This document shows positions 39,919 to 50,621 of a stretch of DNA of 64,000 nucleotides, in pieces. Each line of letters begins with the position of its first letter. Position 1 is the first letter of the stretch. The notes below the pieces were generated by a model. The model searched no databases. It was not told where the DNA came from and saw nothing but the letters and a program-made list of their open reading frames with translations. Source of the DNA: Weeksellaceae bacterium (GTDB lineage Bacteria; Bacteroidota; Bacteroidia; Flavobacteriales; Weeksellaceae); contig JBAYPM010000005.1 of NCBI GenBank assembly GCA_041677705.1, positions 23,102-87,101 of the forward strand, written 5' to 3'. Made by a program: the position numbers and the translations under genes.

Positions 39919-42900
39919 ATGAAAAAAATTTTATCATTAGGGAAGAAGTTTGTGCCGGGCTGTACCTTTTTACTCGTCCTCATAGCCTTAAACGCCTTCG
40001 CGCCGGCACATAACTCTCCCATAAAATCAAACCTCAATACACAAATCGACCAGGACGACTTCATCACCGGCACAGTCTCCGATTTGGGAGGGCCAATACC
40101 CGGTGTCCTGATTACCGTCAAAAACACAAATATTTCTGCTGTAACAGATGAAAACGGTCATTACACCATTTCTGCCCTACCCGGAGATATCCTCATATTC
40201 TCATACGAAGGCTACGAAACCATTGAACTGGAAGTAGGCATTGACCCAATCATTGACGTTGAACTCTATGAAGCCGTAGCCCTCGAAGAAGCCGTGATCA
40301 ATGCAGGATACTATCAGGTTAAAGACCGTGAACGTACCGGAAGTATCTCCCGAATAACAGCAGAAGAAATTGAAAACCAACCGGTCGGAAATGTACTTGC
40401 TGCCATACAGGGAAGAATGCCGGGCGTCAATATAATTCAAAATTCAGGAACTCCCGGCGGTGGATTTGAAGTACAAATCAGGGGAATAAACAGCTTGCGA
40501 AGAGAAGGCAATTATCCATTATACATAATCGACGGTGTGCCTGTCAATGCTTCCACTCCGTCTTTTTTTGGCAGCCGGGCACTTCCTTACGCAGAAATCA
40601 ACCCACTCAATTCAATAAACCCAAACGATATTGAAAGTATTGAAGTCTTGAAAGATGCAGACGCTACCGCCATATATGGTTCCCGTGGAGCCAATGGTGT
40701 GATTCTGATTAATACAAAGAAAGCAAAATCAGACAGAACGAATTTCAGTTTTCAGTCAAGTTACTCGATTAGTCAGCTTGGAAAGAAAATGAAAATGATG
40801 AATACAGACCAATATATTGAAATGAGAAAGTATGCTTTCCAAAATGACGGTATTTCGGAATATCCTGCCAATGCATTTGATTTAAACGGAGCATGGAATT
40901 CCGATCGTTATACAAATTGGCAGGATCAAATTTTAGGTAAAACAGCAGCCGGTTTAAATTTGCAATTCACTTTAAGCGGCGGAAAGGATAAAACACATTA
41001 CCTCCTGAGTGGAAGTCATAACGAACAACAAACTGTATTTTCAAACAAATTTCTGTACAAATACAATAATCTTGTGGGAAATTTCAGTCACAAATCCGAT
41101 GACAGCAGACTGGAATTAAATGTCTCTGGATTGTTCTCAGCACAGCAAAATGATATAATCAACGGAGACCTGACCAATAGTGCGCTTACACTCAGTCCAA
41201 ATGCTCCAAAATTATACGATGAAAACCATAATCTCAATTGGGAAAATAACACATTTGAAAACCCGTTGGCAATTTTTGAAAGCACTTATGATAATGAAAG
41301 CATTGATCTCAATTCAAATCTAAACCTCAGATATGAATTATTTCCTTCATTCTTTCTGAAATTCAACGGAGGTATAAATTATCAGGAATTTGAAGAGACC
41401 GTACTGCGCCCCAGCACTATGTACAACCCGTCAATGGGAGTTACGCCTGCAAGTTCCAGTATTACAAGAGGAAACAGACGTTACCTCTCTTATCTGTTGG
41501 AACCCCAGCTGAATTACAAAACGACCTTTAAAAATCATGAGTTAGATATATTAATTGGAGGAACCTTTCAACAAAGTAATTCATCCTATTTGGGGCTGTA
41601 TGCATCAGGATTTGAGACAAACTCTCTTATCACAAACTTAGCGGCAGCAAATAATCTTTCAGTAACAAATGATGATTTATCACAATATAATTACGCCGCA
41701 TTATTCGGCCGAATTAACTATCAATTCCGGAATAAATACATTTTAAATCTGACCGGTAGAAGAGATGGCTCAAGCAGATTCGGCCCCAATAACAGATTTG
41801 CAAACTTCGGGGCTGTTGGCATCGCCTGGATTTTTTCACAGGAGAATTTATTAAAAGACCTGTCCTGGTTGAGTTTCGGAAAATTAAGAGGGAGTTTTGG
41901 TATTACCGGAAATGACCTGATCGGTGACTATCAATATCTGGATACCTATGGGATTAGCAGTAATCAATATGGCGGAAATTCAGGATTATATCCTTCAAGG
42001 CTTTACAATCCGGATTTCAGCTGGGAAAAAACACAAAAAACAGAATTTGCTGTCGAACTTGGGTTTATAAAAAACAGATTAAACTTATTTGTAAACAGGT
42101 ATGAAAATAAATCAGGAAATCAACTGGTTGGAATCCCTTTGCCGGGAACAACCGGTTTCAGTTCTGTGCAGGCAAATCTGGATGCTACAGTTAAAAATAC
42201 CGGATGGGAATTTGTGCTGACCGCAAAACCCATATCAGGCAAAAGCTTTTTGTGGGAAACAAATTTCAATATAAGTTTCCCAAAAAATAAACTTGTTTCA
42301 TTCCCAAACTTAGAAGGCTCCACATATACCAACAAATATGTAATTGGGCAACCGGTTACTATTGTAAAAGTTTACAATTTCGAAGGTATTGACCCTGAAA
42401 CGGGTCTCTACTCCTTTACAGATTATAATAATGACGGCAACCTCTCTGCGTCGGATGATGCTCAGGCAATCCGAAATCTCGGTATTCGCTATACCGGAGG
42501 ATGGAGCAATCAGTTCTCTTATCGAAATTGGAAATTATCTTTCCTCTTTCAATTTGTGAAACAATTGCAGTGGAATTACAACAATATCATGAAAATGCCG
42601 GGTACTTTTTACAATCAGCCGGTTGAGGTTCTCAATGTTTGGTCAGCTTCCAATCCAAAAGGACAATATATGCCTTATTCAACCGGGATGAATCCTGAAA
42701 TATCTCAAAGACACCTGATGTTTATGAATAGTACGGCCGCTATTAGCGATGCTTCATTTATCCGTTTGAAAAATATTCAGATAAATTATCAAATACCGCT
42801 TAAACAATCAGAAATGAGGATAAATGTATTTGTTCAGGGTCAAAACCTTTTGACTTTTACTGATTATTTCGGACTTGATCCGGAATTTCGTCTGGGTGGT

Positions 42901-42951
42901 TATCTCCCACCTCTAAAAACTTATGCTTTTGGATTCCAATTAACATTCTAA
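39919..42951 (+). CDS. SusC/RagA family TonB-linked outer membrane protein
   Basis: CarboxypepD-like N-domain, IEVLKDADATAIYGSRGANGVILINTK signature, C-terminal F. Confidence 0.95.
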   Translation: MKKILSLGKKFVPGCTFLLVLIALNAFAPAHNSPIKSNLNTQIDQDDFITGTVSDLGGPIPGVLITVKNTNISAVTDENGHYTISALPGDILIFSYEGYETIELEVGIDPIIDVELYEAVALEEAVINAGYYQVKDRERTGSISRITAEEIENQPVGNVLAAIQGRMPGVNIIQNSGTPGGGFEVQIRGINSLRREGNYPLYIIDGVPVNASTPSFFGSRALPYAEINPLNSINPNDIESIEVLKDADATAIYGSRGANGVILINTKKAKSDRTNFSFQSSYSISQLGKKMKMMNTDQYIEMRKYAFQNDGISEYPANAFDLNGAWNSDRYTNWQDQILGKTAAGLNLQFTLSGGKDKTHYLLSGSHNEQQTVFSNKFLYKYNNLVGNFSHKSDDSRLELNVSGLFSAQQNDIINGDLTNSALTLSPNAPKLYDENHNLNWENNTFENPLAIFESTYDNESIDLNSNLNLRYELFPSFFLKFNGGINYQEFEETVLRPSTMYNPSMGVTPASSSITRGNRRYLSYLLEPQLNYKTTFKNHELDILIGGTFQQSNSSYLGLYASGFETNSLITNLAAANNLSVTNDDLSQYNYAALFGRINYQFRNKYILNLTGRRDGSSRFGPNNRFANFGAVGIAWIFSQENLLKDLSWLSFGKLRGSFGITGNDLIGDYQYLDTYGISSNQYGGNSGLYPSRLYNPDFSWEKTQKTEFAVELGFIKNRLNLFVNRYENKSGNQLVGIPLPGTTGFSSVQANLDATVKNTGWEFVLTAKPISGKSFLWETNFNISFPKNKLVSFPNLEGSTYTNKYVIGQPVTIVKVYNFEGIDPETGLYSFTDYNNDGNLSASDDAQAIRNLGIRYTGGWSNQFSYRNWKLSFLFQFVKQLQWNYNNIMKMPGTFYNQPVEVLNVWSASNPKGQYMPYSTGMNPEISQRHLMFMNSTAAISDASFIRLKNIQINYQIPLKQSEMRINVFVQGQNLLTFTDYFGLDPEFRLGGYLPPLKTYAFGFQLTF

Positions 42952-42961
42952 AACAAAAAAA

Positions 42962-44335
42962 ATGAAAAAAATATTCTTTATTTTATTGAGCATATTTATA
43001 GCAATTGCTGCAATACTCACATCTTGTGAAGACCTAATCGAAACAGATTACCCAACCAATCAGATTGGCACCGCACAGGTTTTTGACAATGTTCATACAG
43101 CCAATTCAGCTCTTAATGATATATACGCTGAATTAAGGACTCAATCATTCTTTTCCGGAGTTGACACAGGTACAGGTATTTTATTGGGAATGTACACAGA
43201 TGATATAGATTGTTATTACAACGATCAAAACGGATTCAGGGATATATATCTTAACATGCAGCAGGCATCAAACTCGGTTGTGGAACTTTCTTGGGACACT
43301 GCTTATAAAATTATCTATGCTGCAAATTCCATCATTCTTGGTGTTGAAAATTCAACAGGGTTGAATGAAACAGAAAAAGATCAAATTAAAGGAGAAGCTT
43401 TATTGATCCGCACTGTTTTCTATTTTTATTTACAACAATTATTTGGCGGCATACCTTATACAACCAGTATTGATTATGAATACAATCGTACACTTTCAAA
43501 AACCAATGAAAATGAACTGCTTACAATACTTTCAAATGATTTGGTTGAAGCCTCCCAACTTCTGAACGATGATTATCGACATCCGGAACGTATTTATGTC
43601 AACAAAAAAGTTGCTGAGTTGATGTTGGCAAAAGTTTACCTGACACAAGGTAATTATTCCCTCGCTGAACAAACCATAATGTCCGTTCTTCAATCTCCGT
43701 TGTATCAGTTTCAGCCTGATTTGAATGAAGTTTTCCATAACACCGGAAATCATATTTTATGGCAGCTGCAACCTATGGTTGCATTATTTCCAACTTGGGA
43801 ATCGCTGTTTTTTTACTTTACGGATGCACCGCCGCATGCATTTGCATTAACTGATAATTTAGTCAGTTCGTTTTCAGAAAATGATTTAAGAAAAACAGCA
43901 TGGATTGAACCTGTCACATTCAATAACCAAGTTTGGTACAGACCAAACAAATACAAAAACATTGATGTTAATCCGGATGAATACTCTGTGGTTATAAGAA
44001 TTGAAGAAGCCTATTTCATTATGGCTGAGGCCTTGGCTCGGCAAAATAGGATCAGTGAAGCTTTGCCTTATATAAATATGACTCGCGAGAGAGCAGGCTT
44101 ACAGCCGTTAGGCAGTGTTTCTCAGGAAGTATTTATAACAGAATTACTCAATGAAAGAAGAAGAGAATTCTTTACAGAATTCGGACACAGATTTATTGAT
44201 TTAAAAAGATTGGAAAAACTTCACATTTTATCAGGTGTAAAACCCAATTGGGTTGAAAGTAAAAAAGTATGGCCAATTCCACAAAAGGAATTACTGCTAA
44301 ATCCAAATCTTAATCCCCAAAATGAAGGTTATTAA
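42962..44335 (+). CDS. SusD/RagB family lipoprotein
   Basis: Lipobox ILTSC, GEALLIR, ERRREFFTEFGHRFIDLKR, WPIP. Confidence 0.95.
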   Translation: MKKIFFILLSIFIAIAAILTSCEDLIETDYPTNQIGTAQVFDNVHTANSALNDIYAELRTQSFFSGVDTGTGILLGMYTDDIDCYYNDQNGFRDIYLNMQQASNSVVELSWDTAYKIIYAANSIILGVENSTGLNETEKDQIKGEALLIRTVFYFYLQQLFGGIPYTTSIDYEYNRTLSKTNENELLTILSNDLVEASQLLNDDYRHPERIYVNKKVAELMLAKVYLTQGNYSLAEQTIMSVLQSPLYQFQPDLNEVFHNTGNHILWQLQPMVALFPTWESLFFYFTDAPPHAFALTDNLVSSFSENDLRKTAWIEPVTFNNQVWYRPNKYKNIDVNPDEYSVVIRIEEAYFIMAEALARQNRISEALPYINMTRERAGLQPLGSVSQEVFITELLNERRREFFTEFGHRFIDLKRLEKLHILSGVKPNWVESKKVWPIPQKELLLNPNLNPQNEGY

Positions 44336-46811
44336 TCTTATCATCTTTACTCTTGGCCTGGCAATTTTGTCAGGTCAGGAGTCAAAAGATAGAAATACTA
44401 AAATATTTAAAAGTTTATCCGATAAGACATACCTGCCAATCAATCTTCAAATGAGCGAAAATGGTAAATGGATAAGTTTCTTGAAGTCTTACGATTCAAA
44501 TAGGGATACTTTGGTTATTTTAAAAAGCACAAAACCAAATTCTTTTCAATTCTTTAGAACTGGTTTCAATTCAGTATTATTCAGCAAAAATGACTATGTG
44601 CTTTTAAACAATGAATCTGAAACAGAGTTTCTCAACCTGAATTCCGGAAACGCCTTAATATTTCAGAATGTTTGGAGAAGTGCGTTCCTCAACCAAAAAG
44701 AGCAATTTATATTGCATTACAACGACAACAATCAGAATAAATTAGAATTGCGTGATTTTAATGGGAATATCATAAATAGCGAACATCATATTAAAAATTT
44801 CTTTTTATCTGATTTCGAAAATCTTTACCTTATATCTGAAAGTGGCTATGGAATTTCAGAAATCATAACTTTCAACAACAAGGAAAAAACTGTCTGGTAC
44901 TCTTCTTCCAACCCTATTCAGGATCTTTATATAGATCCAGGCGAAAAAAGTTTAATTATATACTCTGAAAACAATCAGGACAAAAGTAAATTAATTACAT
45001 TTTATGAGCTCCAAACCAAAACAGCCTATCATTTAAACAAGCTGCTGGAATTTCAGCCTCTCTGGGGAAACAGTAAAACAATCATCGAAGGGGATTGCTA
45101 TTTTATCAGACTCTTTAAAAAAACTGAAACTGCCGGTGATTTAGTTGATTTATGGTACGGAAGCGATAACCGGCTCGAGAAAAAGTTCGAACAGCCCATA
45201 GAAGAAATAGATTATTTGTGGTTCCCTAAAAAACAAAAGATTCAAAGAATTGGAACAGATGAATTAAGCAAAAATGCTCCACTAAATAAGGATGGTTTAT
45301 TTTTAAGTTTTAACCCTTATTTACTCGAAGATTACACAAAGGAAAAAGCAGATATACTGCTGTATATATTTAACAGCACCACAAATCAAATTGAGCCATT
45401 AGACACCCTGACTCCCGAGATTCATATTTCTCCTGATGGAAATTTTCTTCTTTCACCAAAAAATAAGGAATGGCATTTATTTGATCTGAAACGAAAGAAA
45501 AGAGTAACAATAAACAACCCGAATCTAAAAAGACCGGTTTTTACTTCAGATGGAAAATCTGTGTATTTTGAGGGAGTTGGTGGCCTGTGGGAATACCTTC
45601 TTTACAAAAATAAGCTTCAAAATATATTAGATTTTAGAGAATATGAAACCAGTATCTTAAACTACAAAATGAATATTGTATTGGATGGCTACAATTTCTT
45701 TCAAAACTCAATAGATCCGGATACCCCCCTTATTATAAAATTATTTGATGAGGAAAAAAATACATCTGCCATTGTCAGGTTTTACAAACAAAATGCTTCG
45801 TATATCGTCTATCCGACTGACAATCATATTCGGTCTGTAACCTATGATTTGAATTATCAGAATTTTGCTTATTGGGAAGAAAATTTTAACTCTCCTCCTG
45901 TTTTGTTCAATTTGCCTTTTAACAAAAAGAAATTTCCAATATATTTTACCAATAAAAATGACAGTCAAATAAAGAATGTAAAACAGCGAGTCATTTCCTA
46001 TCAGGATTCTTTTGGAAATGATTTAAAAGGGATATTGTATTTCCCCATAAACTACGAACCCAATAAACAGTTTCCGCTTGTAACACATATCTACGAAAAG
46101 CAAAATCATTTAAGAAATCGATATTTAAACTTTGATTACAAAACAGGAGTGGGTTTCAACATAAGGTCTTTGATTGAAAAAGATTATTTCGTATTCCTGC
46201 CGGACATTCAGATAAATCAAAACGGGCCCGGACAATCTGCATTGGATTGTATTGGTAATGCAATTAAAGCATTAAGAAAGGAATCACTTTCGGTGAGTAA
46301 AATGGCTCTGATAGGACATTCCTTTGGCGGCTACACAACAAATTACATCGCGACTCAGTCAGATTTCTTTGCAACTTATATCTCAGGTGCGGGAAAGAGT
46401 GATTTAATCCATAGTTATTACTCCTTTAATTACAATTTTTTGACCCCGGATTACAGACGGATAGAATCAAGCATTTACAACATGAAATTCTCATTTTCAG
46501 ATAATAAAGAATTATATTATATCAATAATCCCATTTATTATGCTGACTCGGTAAAAGCACCCGTTTTATTATGGTCTGGGGAGAATGATGAGAATGTTCC
46601 CAAAAGCGAAAGTATTGGTTTTTACCTTGCGTTAAAAAGAAATAATAAGAAAGTTATTACTTTATTTTATAGAAATGAAATACACAGTCTGCAACGCAAA
46701 GAATCTCAAATTGATCTTATGCTGCGTATTTGGGATTGGTTGGATTATTTTTTGAAAAATGCCAATGACATAGAATGGATAGACAATGAAATAAAAAAGG
46801 GTGCTCTTTAA
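44322..46811 (+). CDS. S9 (prolyl oligopeptidase/DPP-like) peptidase with N-terminal propeller
   Basis: GHSFGG nucleophile, DENV, EIH triad residues; signal peptide. Confidence 0.9.
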   Translation: MKVINLIIFTLGLAILSGQESKDRNTKIFKSLSDKTYLPINLQMSENGKWISFLKSYDSNRDTLVILKSTKPNSFQFFRTGFNSVLFSKNDYVLLNNESETEFLNLNSGNALIFQNVWRSAFLNQKEQFILHYNDNNQNKLELRDFNGNIINSEHHIKNFFLSDFENLYLISESGYGISEIITFNNKEKTVWYSSSNPIQDLYIDPGEKSLIIYSENNQDKSKLITFYELQTKTAYHLNKLLEFQPLWGNSKTIIEGDCYFIRLFKKTETAGDLVDLWYGSDNRLEKKFEQPIEEIDYLWFPKKQKIQRIGTDELSKNAPLNKDGLFLSFNPYLLEDYTKEKADILLYIFNSTTNQIEPLDTLTPEIHISPDGNFLLSPKNKEWHLFDLKRKKRVTINNPNLKRPVFTSDGKSVYFEGVGGLWEYLLYKNKLQNILDFREYETSILNYKMNIVLDGYNFFQNSIDPDTPLIIKLFDEEKNTSAIVRFYKQNASYIVYPTDNHIRSVTYDLNYQNFAYWEENFNSPPVLFNLPFNKKKFPIYFTNKNDSQIKNVKQRVISYQDSFGNDLKGILYFPINYEPNKQFPLVTHIYEKQNHLRNRYLNFDYKTGVGFNIRSLIEKDYFVFLPDIQINQNGPGQSALDCIGNAIKALRKESLSVSKMALIGHSFGGYTTNYIATQSDFFATYISGAGKSDLIHSYYSFNYNFLTPDYRRIESSIYNMKFSFSDNKELYYINNPIYYADSVKAPVLLWSGENDENVPKSESIGFYLALKRNNKKVITLFYRNEIHSLQRKESQIDLMLRIWDWLDYFLKNANDIEWIDNEIKKGAL

Positions 46812-46822
46812 AAAGGCACCCT
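46798..46822. terminator. Possible bidirectional terminator between convergent operons
   Basis: agggtgc...gcaccct stem spanning the S9 stop codon. Confidence 0.55.
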
Positions 46823-46834
46823 GATCCAATTAAA

Positions 46835-47101
46835 TTATGGTTGATTCAATTGGATTCCACACATCGTCTGTTGTGACGGATTAAACCTATACAAAGGACT
46901 GCCATCAGTCCATGTACAGGTTGGATTTGGCAAATGCGAACAATTCACTGTCGTGACTATGCATTTCTTAGTGACGGTATCATAACGATACCCCTTTTCA
47001 AGCACAGCATCTGAATCTTGTGAAATGTTTGTTGCCAAAGCAGCACCGGTCCCTATTAAGGCAATAACAACCGGAAAAACAAAATTTTTGATTTTTTTCA
47101 T
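46835..47101 (-). CDS. Small secreted 4-Cys peptide (DUF6520-like)
   Basis: 88 aa; signal-like MKKIKNFVFPVVIALIGTGAALA; core with four Cys. Confidence 0.8.
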   Translation of the reverse strand: MKKIKNFVFPVVIALIGTGAALATNISQDSDAVLEKGYRYDTVTKKCIVTTVNCSHLPNPTCTWTDGSPLYRFNPSQQTMCGIQLNQP

Positions 47102-47134
47102 AATATCAAAATTTAAATAGAACCTACTCTTTTT

Positions 47135-48655
47135 TTAAGGGTTTTCGGCTTCTCCCTGTTTGAAATACTGCATTACTGACGGCGCCAGTCTGTAACCCAA
47201 TATCTCAGTTCCGGACAATACATAAAAATGAGTGTCCGTTACAAGCATATGTGTCATTTTTTCCTTGCCCCGGGTTTCAATGAAAAAACTTCCCAGATAA
47301 ATCTTTTCGTTTATATTGTATATGTCAATGACAACTGCCTTATCCCAGATTTCCTTTGATTCGTGTTTCCCCATTAAATTGGATTGATTGAACAATATCC
47401 CCTTGTATAGTATTGCTCTTTCATTTACCCTCAATGGGGGGGCTTCCATTTTAATGTTGCCGTTTGATAGTCTTTTTACTTTAACTTGAGCACGGCTTAT
47501 GGTATCGATGGTTTTGAGCTTCCTAAGAAACTTTAAATCACCATCAAAAACAGGAATTTCATTTCGATAATAATATACATACACAAATTCATTCTTGCCT
47601 TCCGCTCTATCTCCCAATAAAATTCCATCGGTATCAAATATCCCGTCAGACTGTTTGCTTAGCAAGTCGTAATTCAACCTGACATCTGAAGAATCTCCAA
47701 CTTTTAAAGCACCTATAATTCTTGACTTTGTTTTTGCAGACTGGGTATTAATTACAAACCTGGCTGAATCAGCAATCTCTAATTGTGTGAAAAATGCATC
47801 ATTAAAACTTAGAGTTTTCGCTGTACTTTCATTTAAATTCCCTCTGTATAAAACCGGAACCGATCCATCGTAAATATAATAGTATGGCGGTTTTACCTTA
47901 ATCTCAATGAAGCGAAAATTATAACTCGAATAATCCGGTTCGATTTTCGTACTCCTTTCTTTGATAAACGCCGTGTCTGTAACAGTCAAAACCAGAGGTG
48001 CAGTATAATTGCCCAAGTAAATTTGCCCATTATCATACCCTGCAAAATAATAAGAATTGAATTTCAAATCATAATATTTCTCCAATGTAATGGCATGCGG
48101 GATAAACCTCCTTACAAAAGGATTTTCCTTTTTTATAATATGTTCTGAAGAGAAAAACAAACCGATTACAATACCTGTTGAAAAAACAAATGACACAATA
48201 CCTCTTGTCAGTATCCTCCTGAAACCCTTTGTTCTCCTATTCTCCATTATCCATAAGGCCCAGCCCCCTAACAATATGAATCCTATATTAAAAACCAAAT
48301 GCTCCGTCCAGCCCATATCTTCCAATATTCCGCCGCAGGAGCAGGGTATGAATTCACTGTAATTTAAGATAAGGGAAATGTATATGGTGAAAGCTGCCAT
48401 AAGAGAGAATGACAAATACAGCCCAACCAATCTTGTAACCCTAAAAGACAGGAAAATCACAGTAATCAATTCAATCGCTATAATTACCGGTGCCACCAAT
48501 CCGGCATAAGCACTTAATAAAGGAGATTGAGCCAGTTGTATCTGAAAATCCTCAAATTCTATCAGTTTGCTCACTGCCGCATACACAAAAAGCAATACAA
48601 ATAGATAGGCGGCTGCATCAGCCGATAGATTTTTTAATTGAGTCAGGGATTTCAT
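47135..48655 (-). CDS. MauE/DoxX membrane domain fused to a large extracytoplasmic domain
   Basis: LFVYAAVSKL, QLAQSP, IPCSCGGILE..GWTEHLVFN, then a TM and about 340 aa soluble region. Confidence 0.85.
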   Translation of the reverse strand: MKSLTQLKNLSADAAAYLFVLLFVYAAVSKLIEFEDFQIQLAQSPLLSAYAGLVAPVIIAIELITVIFLSFRVTRLVGLYLSFSLMAAFTIYISLILNYSEFIPCSCGGILEDMGWTEHLVFNIGFILLGGWALWIMENRRTKGFRRILTRGIVSFVFSTGIVIGLFFSSEHIIKKENPFVRRFIPHAITLEKYYDLKFNSYYFAGYDNGQIYLGNYTAPLVLTVTDTAFIKERSTKIEPDYSSYNFRFIEIKVKPPYYYIYDGSVPVLYRGNLNESTAKTLSFNDAFFTQLEIADSARFVINTQSAKTKSRIIGALKVGDSSDVRLNYDLLSKQSDGIFDTDGILLGDRAEGKNEFVYVYYYRNEIPVFDGDLKFLRKLKTIDTISRAQVKVKRLSNGNIKMEAPPLRVNERAILYKGILFNQSNLMGKHESKEIWDKAVVIDIYNINEKIYLGSFFIETRGKEKMTHMLVTDTHFYVLSGTEILGYRLAPSVMQYFKQGEAENP

Positions 48656-48783
48656 ATCAAACCAAACTGTTTGTACAAAATTAAATACCCCCAAACAATA
48701 AATTATTTACCAAATCCGGACAATAATTGACTGAATCTGAACCGGTTTTGCCCCGGTCAGCAAATATTAACCAATGGTCGGAC

Positions 48784-50409
48784 TTATTTCCTGAAACCCT
48801 CCAGATACTCGGTCAGCGTTTTGCCGATTCTCAATTTGAAAGCACGGACAAAACGGTCATTCGAACTGAAGCCAACTTCCCTTGCAAGCGATTCACTCTT
48901 ATACAAACGCAATTGGCTGTTTTCATTCAGCAGTTTAACCAAATGATCTATACGGAGATCATTGATGTAATTTGAAAAATTCTTTTTTCTGTAATATTGA
49001 ACAGCCTTGTTCAGATACATAACATTTGAACCAAAATAGGCCGCAAGTTTTGCCTGTGTCCAGTCCCCTTTCAAAAACCTTCCCGACGCCTCAAATTCAT
49101 CCAGCTTTCTTTTCAATCGCTTAACACTCTCTGAATTTATAAAATAATCATCATCCGGGATTTTTACCGTTGGCCGGCCTGACTCAGGCGGAATCAAAAC
49201 CTTAACCCCGTTAAAAATTGATTTACCGCTTAATAATACTGTGAAAACAAGAGTGAAAAATGAAAACAGTGAAACACGAATCCAAAAACCAAATTTGTTT
49301 CTCCCCTCTGAATCGGTATCATTGAATTTTTTCGAATTGACATATTCTTTAACATCATAATGATGAAAAACACTTTTTGACAATTTACGGTATTGGGTTT
49401 CAAGTATCCTGTCGGCTTTTACAAGCTGTTTCAGATAATATTCCTGTAAAGCGAAATCCTCTCTTCCTTTATAATGATTGGCAAGATAGGTGTATGCCTC
49501 ACGCAAATCGGAACGGATGTATTCCTTCTCATTAAAAATCCTGTCAACCTCAACAAAACATTCTGTCGCTTTCTCAATCTCATTCATTCCAAAATAACTG
49601 ACACCCAGATAAAACCAGCTGACAGCCTCATTTGCAAAATCATTCTTGTTTCGAATTGATTCCAGACTCTCACTTAACAGAAATATTGCTTTTTTATGAT
49701 CCCGCCGAATGCTTTGATTAATCCCTTCAATTTGAGTAAAATAACCGTCAAGATTCGAAATTGACAATCGCTTGGACTCACTTCTTCCCTTTCTTATGTA
49801 GGCATCACTGTGTGAATAACTCCCCAAACGGCTGCTGCAGAGCGCAAGAGCGTGCAGTGTATTGATATAGCCTCTGGCATTATTCATTTCAAAATAAACA
49901 GCACACTCTTCATATATTTTAATCGCCTCATCATAATATTCCAGATAACTTTTAATCTGAGCGATATTGTACCTTGTTTTATAATACAGATATTCATCCT
50001 TTGTTTTATCAACTAAGGAATCGGCAGCCAGATAATACTGAAATGCTGTTTCGTATTTTTTGTATTTGTAATGCTGAATACCCGCAGAAAGATAGGCAGT
50101 GGCTTTTAAGCCCGTATCATTGCTCAGCATTGCAGCCCATATCATACTGTCACCATACATACAGGCTTCTTTTTCATCGGATTGATGACCCGTCCTGCGA
50201 TAAGCCTTGATAAGCTCCGGATAATTCTTTTCTGTTTTATAAAATTGAATCCTGCACCGTAAATCCATCGTATCCTCCAACTTGCTTTGATAATGATCCT
50301 CCGGCAGATTTTCAGTTTTCAAACCATCGCGGATATGAGCAAACGACAATAAAACAGTGTAAATCAATAAACAGATTACCAACCTGAATGCAAATAAAAT
50401 ACCCTTCAT
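48784..50409 (-). CDS. Transmembrane TPR-sensor / AraC-HTH one-component regulator
   Basis: N-terminal hydrophobic segment, TPR-like helices, TM FWIRVSLFSFFTLVF, C-terminal YLNKAV...NFSNYINDLRI...EVGFSS...F.RAFK. Confidence 0.85.
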   Translation of the reverse strand: MKGILFAFRLVICLLIYTVLLSFAHIRDGLKTENLPEDHYQSKLEDTMDLRCRIQFYKTEKNYPELIKAYRRTGHQSDEKEACMYGDSMIWAAMLSNDTGLKATAYLSAGIQHYKYKKYETAFQYYLAADSLVDKTKDEYLYYKTRYNIAQIKSYLEYYDEAIKIYEECAVYFEMNNARGYINTLHALALCSSRLGSYSHSDAYIRKGRSESKRLSISNLDGYFTQIEGINQSIRRDHKKAIFLLSESLESIRNKNDFANEAVSWFYLGVSYFGMNEIEKATECFVEVDRIFNEKEYIRSDLREAYTYLANHYKGREDFALQEYYLKQLVKADRILETQYRKLSKSVFHHYDVKEYVNSKKFNDTDSEGRNKFGFWIRVSLFSFFTLVFTVLLSGKSIFNGVKVLIPPESGRPTVKIPDDDYFINSESVKRLKRKLDEFEASGRFLKGDWTQAKLAAYFGSNVMYLNKAVQYYRKKNFSNYINDLRIDHLVKLLNENSQLRLYKSESLAREVGFSSNDRFVRAFKLRIGKTLTEYLEGFRK

Positions 50410-50621
50410 AAGTAAAAGACTTTTTTGTGATAAATTATGCGCTCTTAAATTTATGAATTTATTAACAAACTGCACTTCTTTTTTCTTAAAACACAGTTGA
50501 ATTTTCTTAAAATCAGTAAACAGTGTCTTGTCATACCGGAACCTCCGGTTTAATTTTGCTCTGAATCATAAATTCAAATTTGCTTATTTACCCTGATTTT
50601 TTAATTCTAAAACCAAATATT

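Noticed and set aside
39919-46811. Calling the SusC/SusD locus a polysaccharide utilisation locus
   Set aside because: No glycoside hydrolase, lyase or sugar sensor is present; the only enzyme is an S9 peptidase
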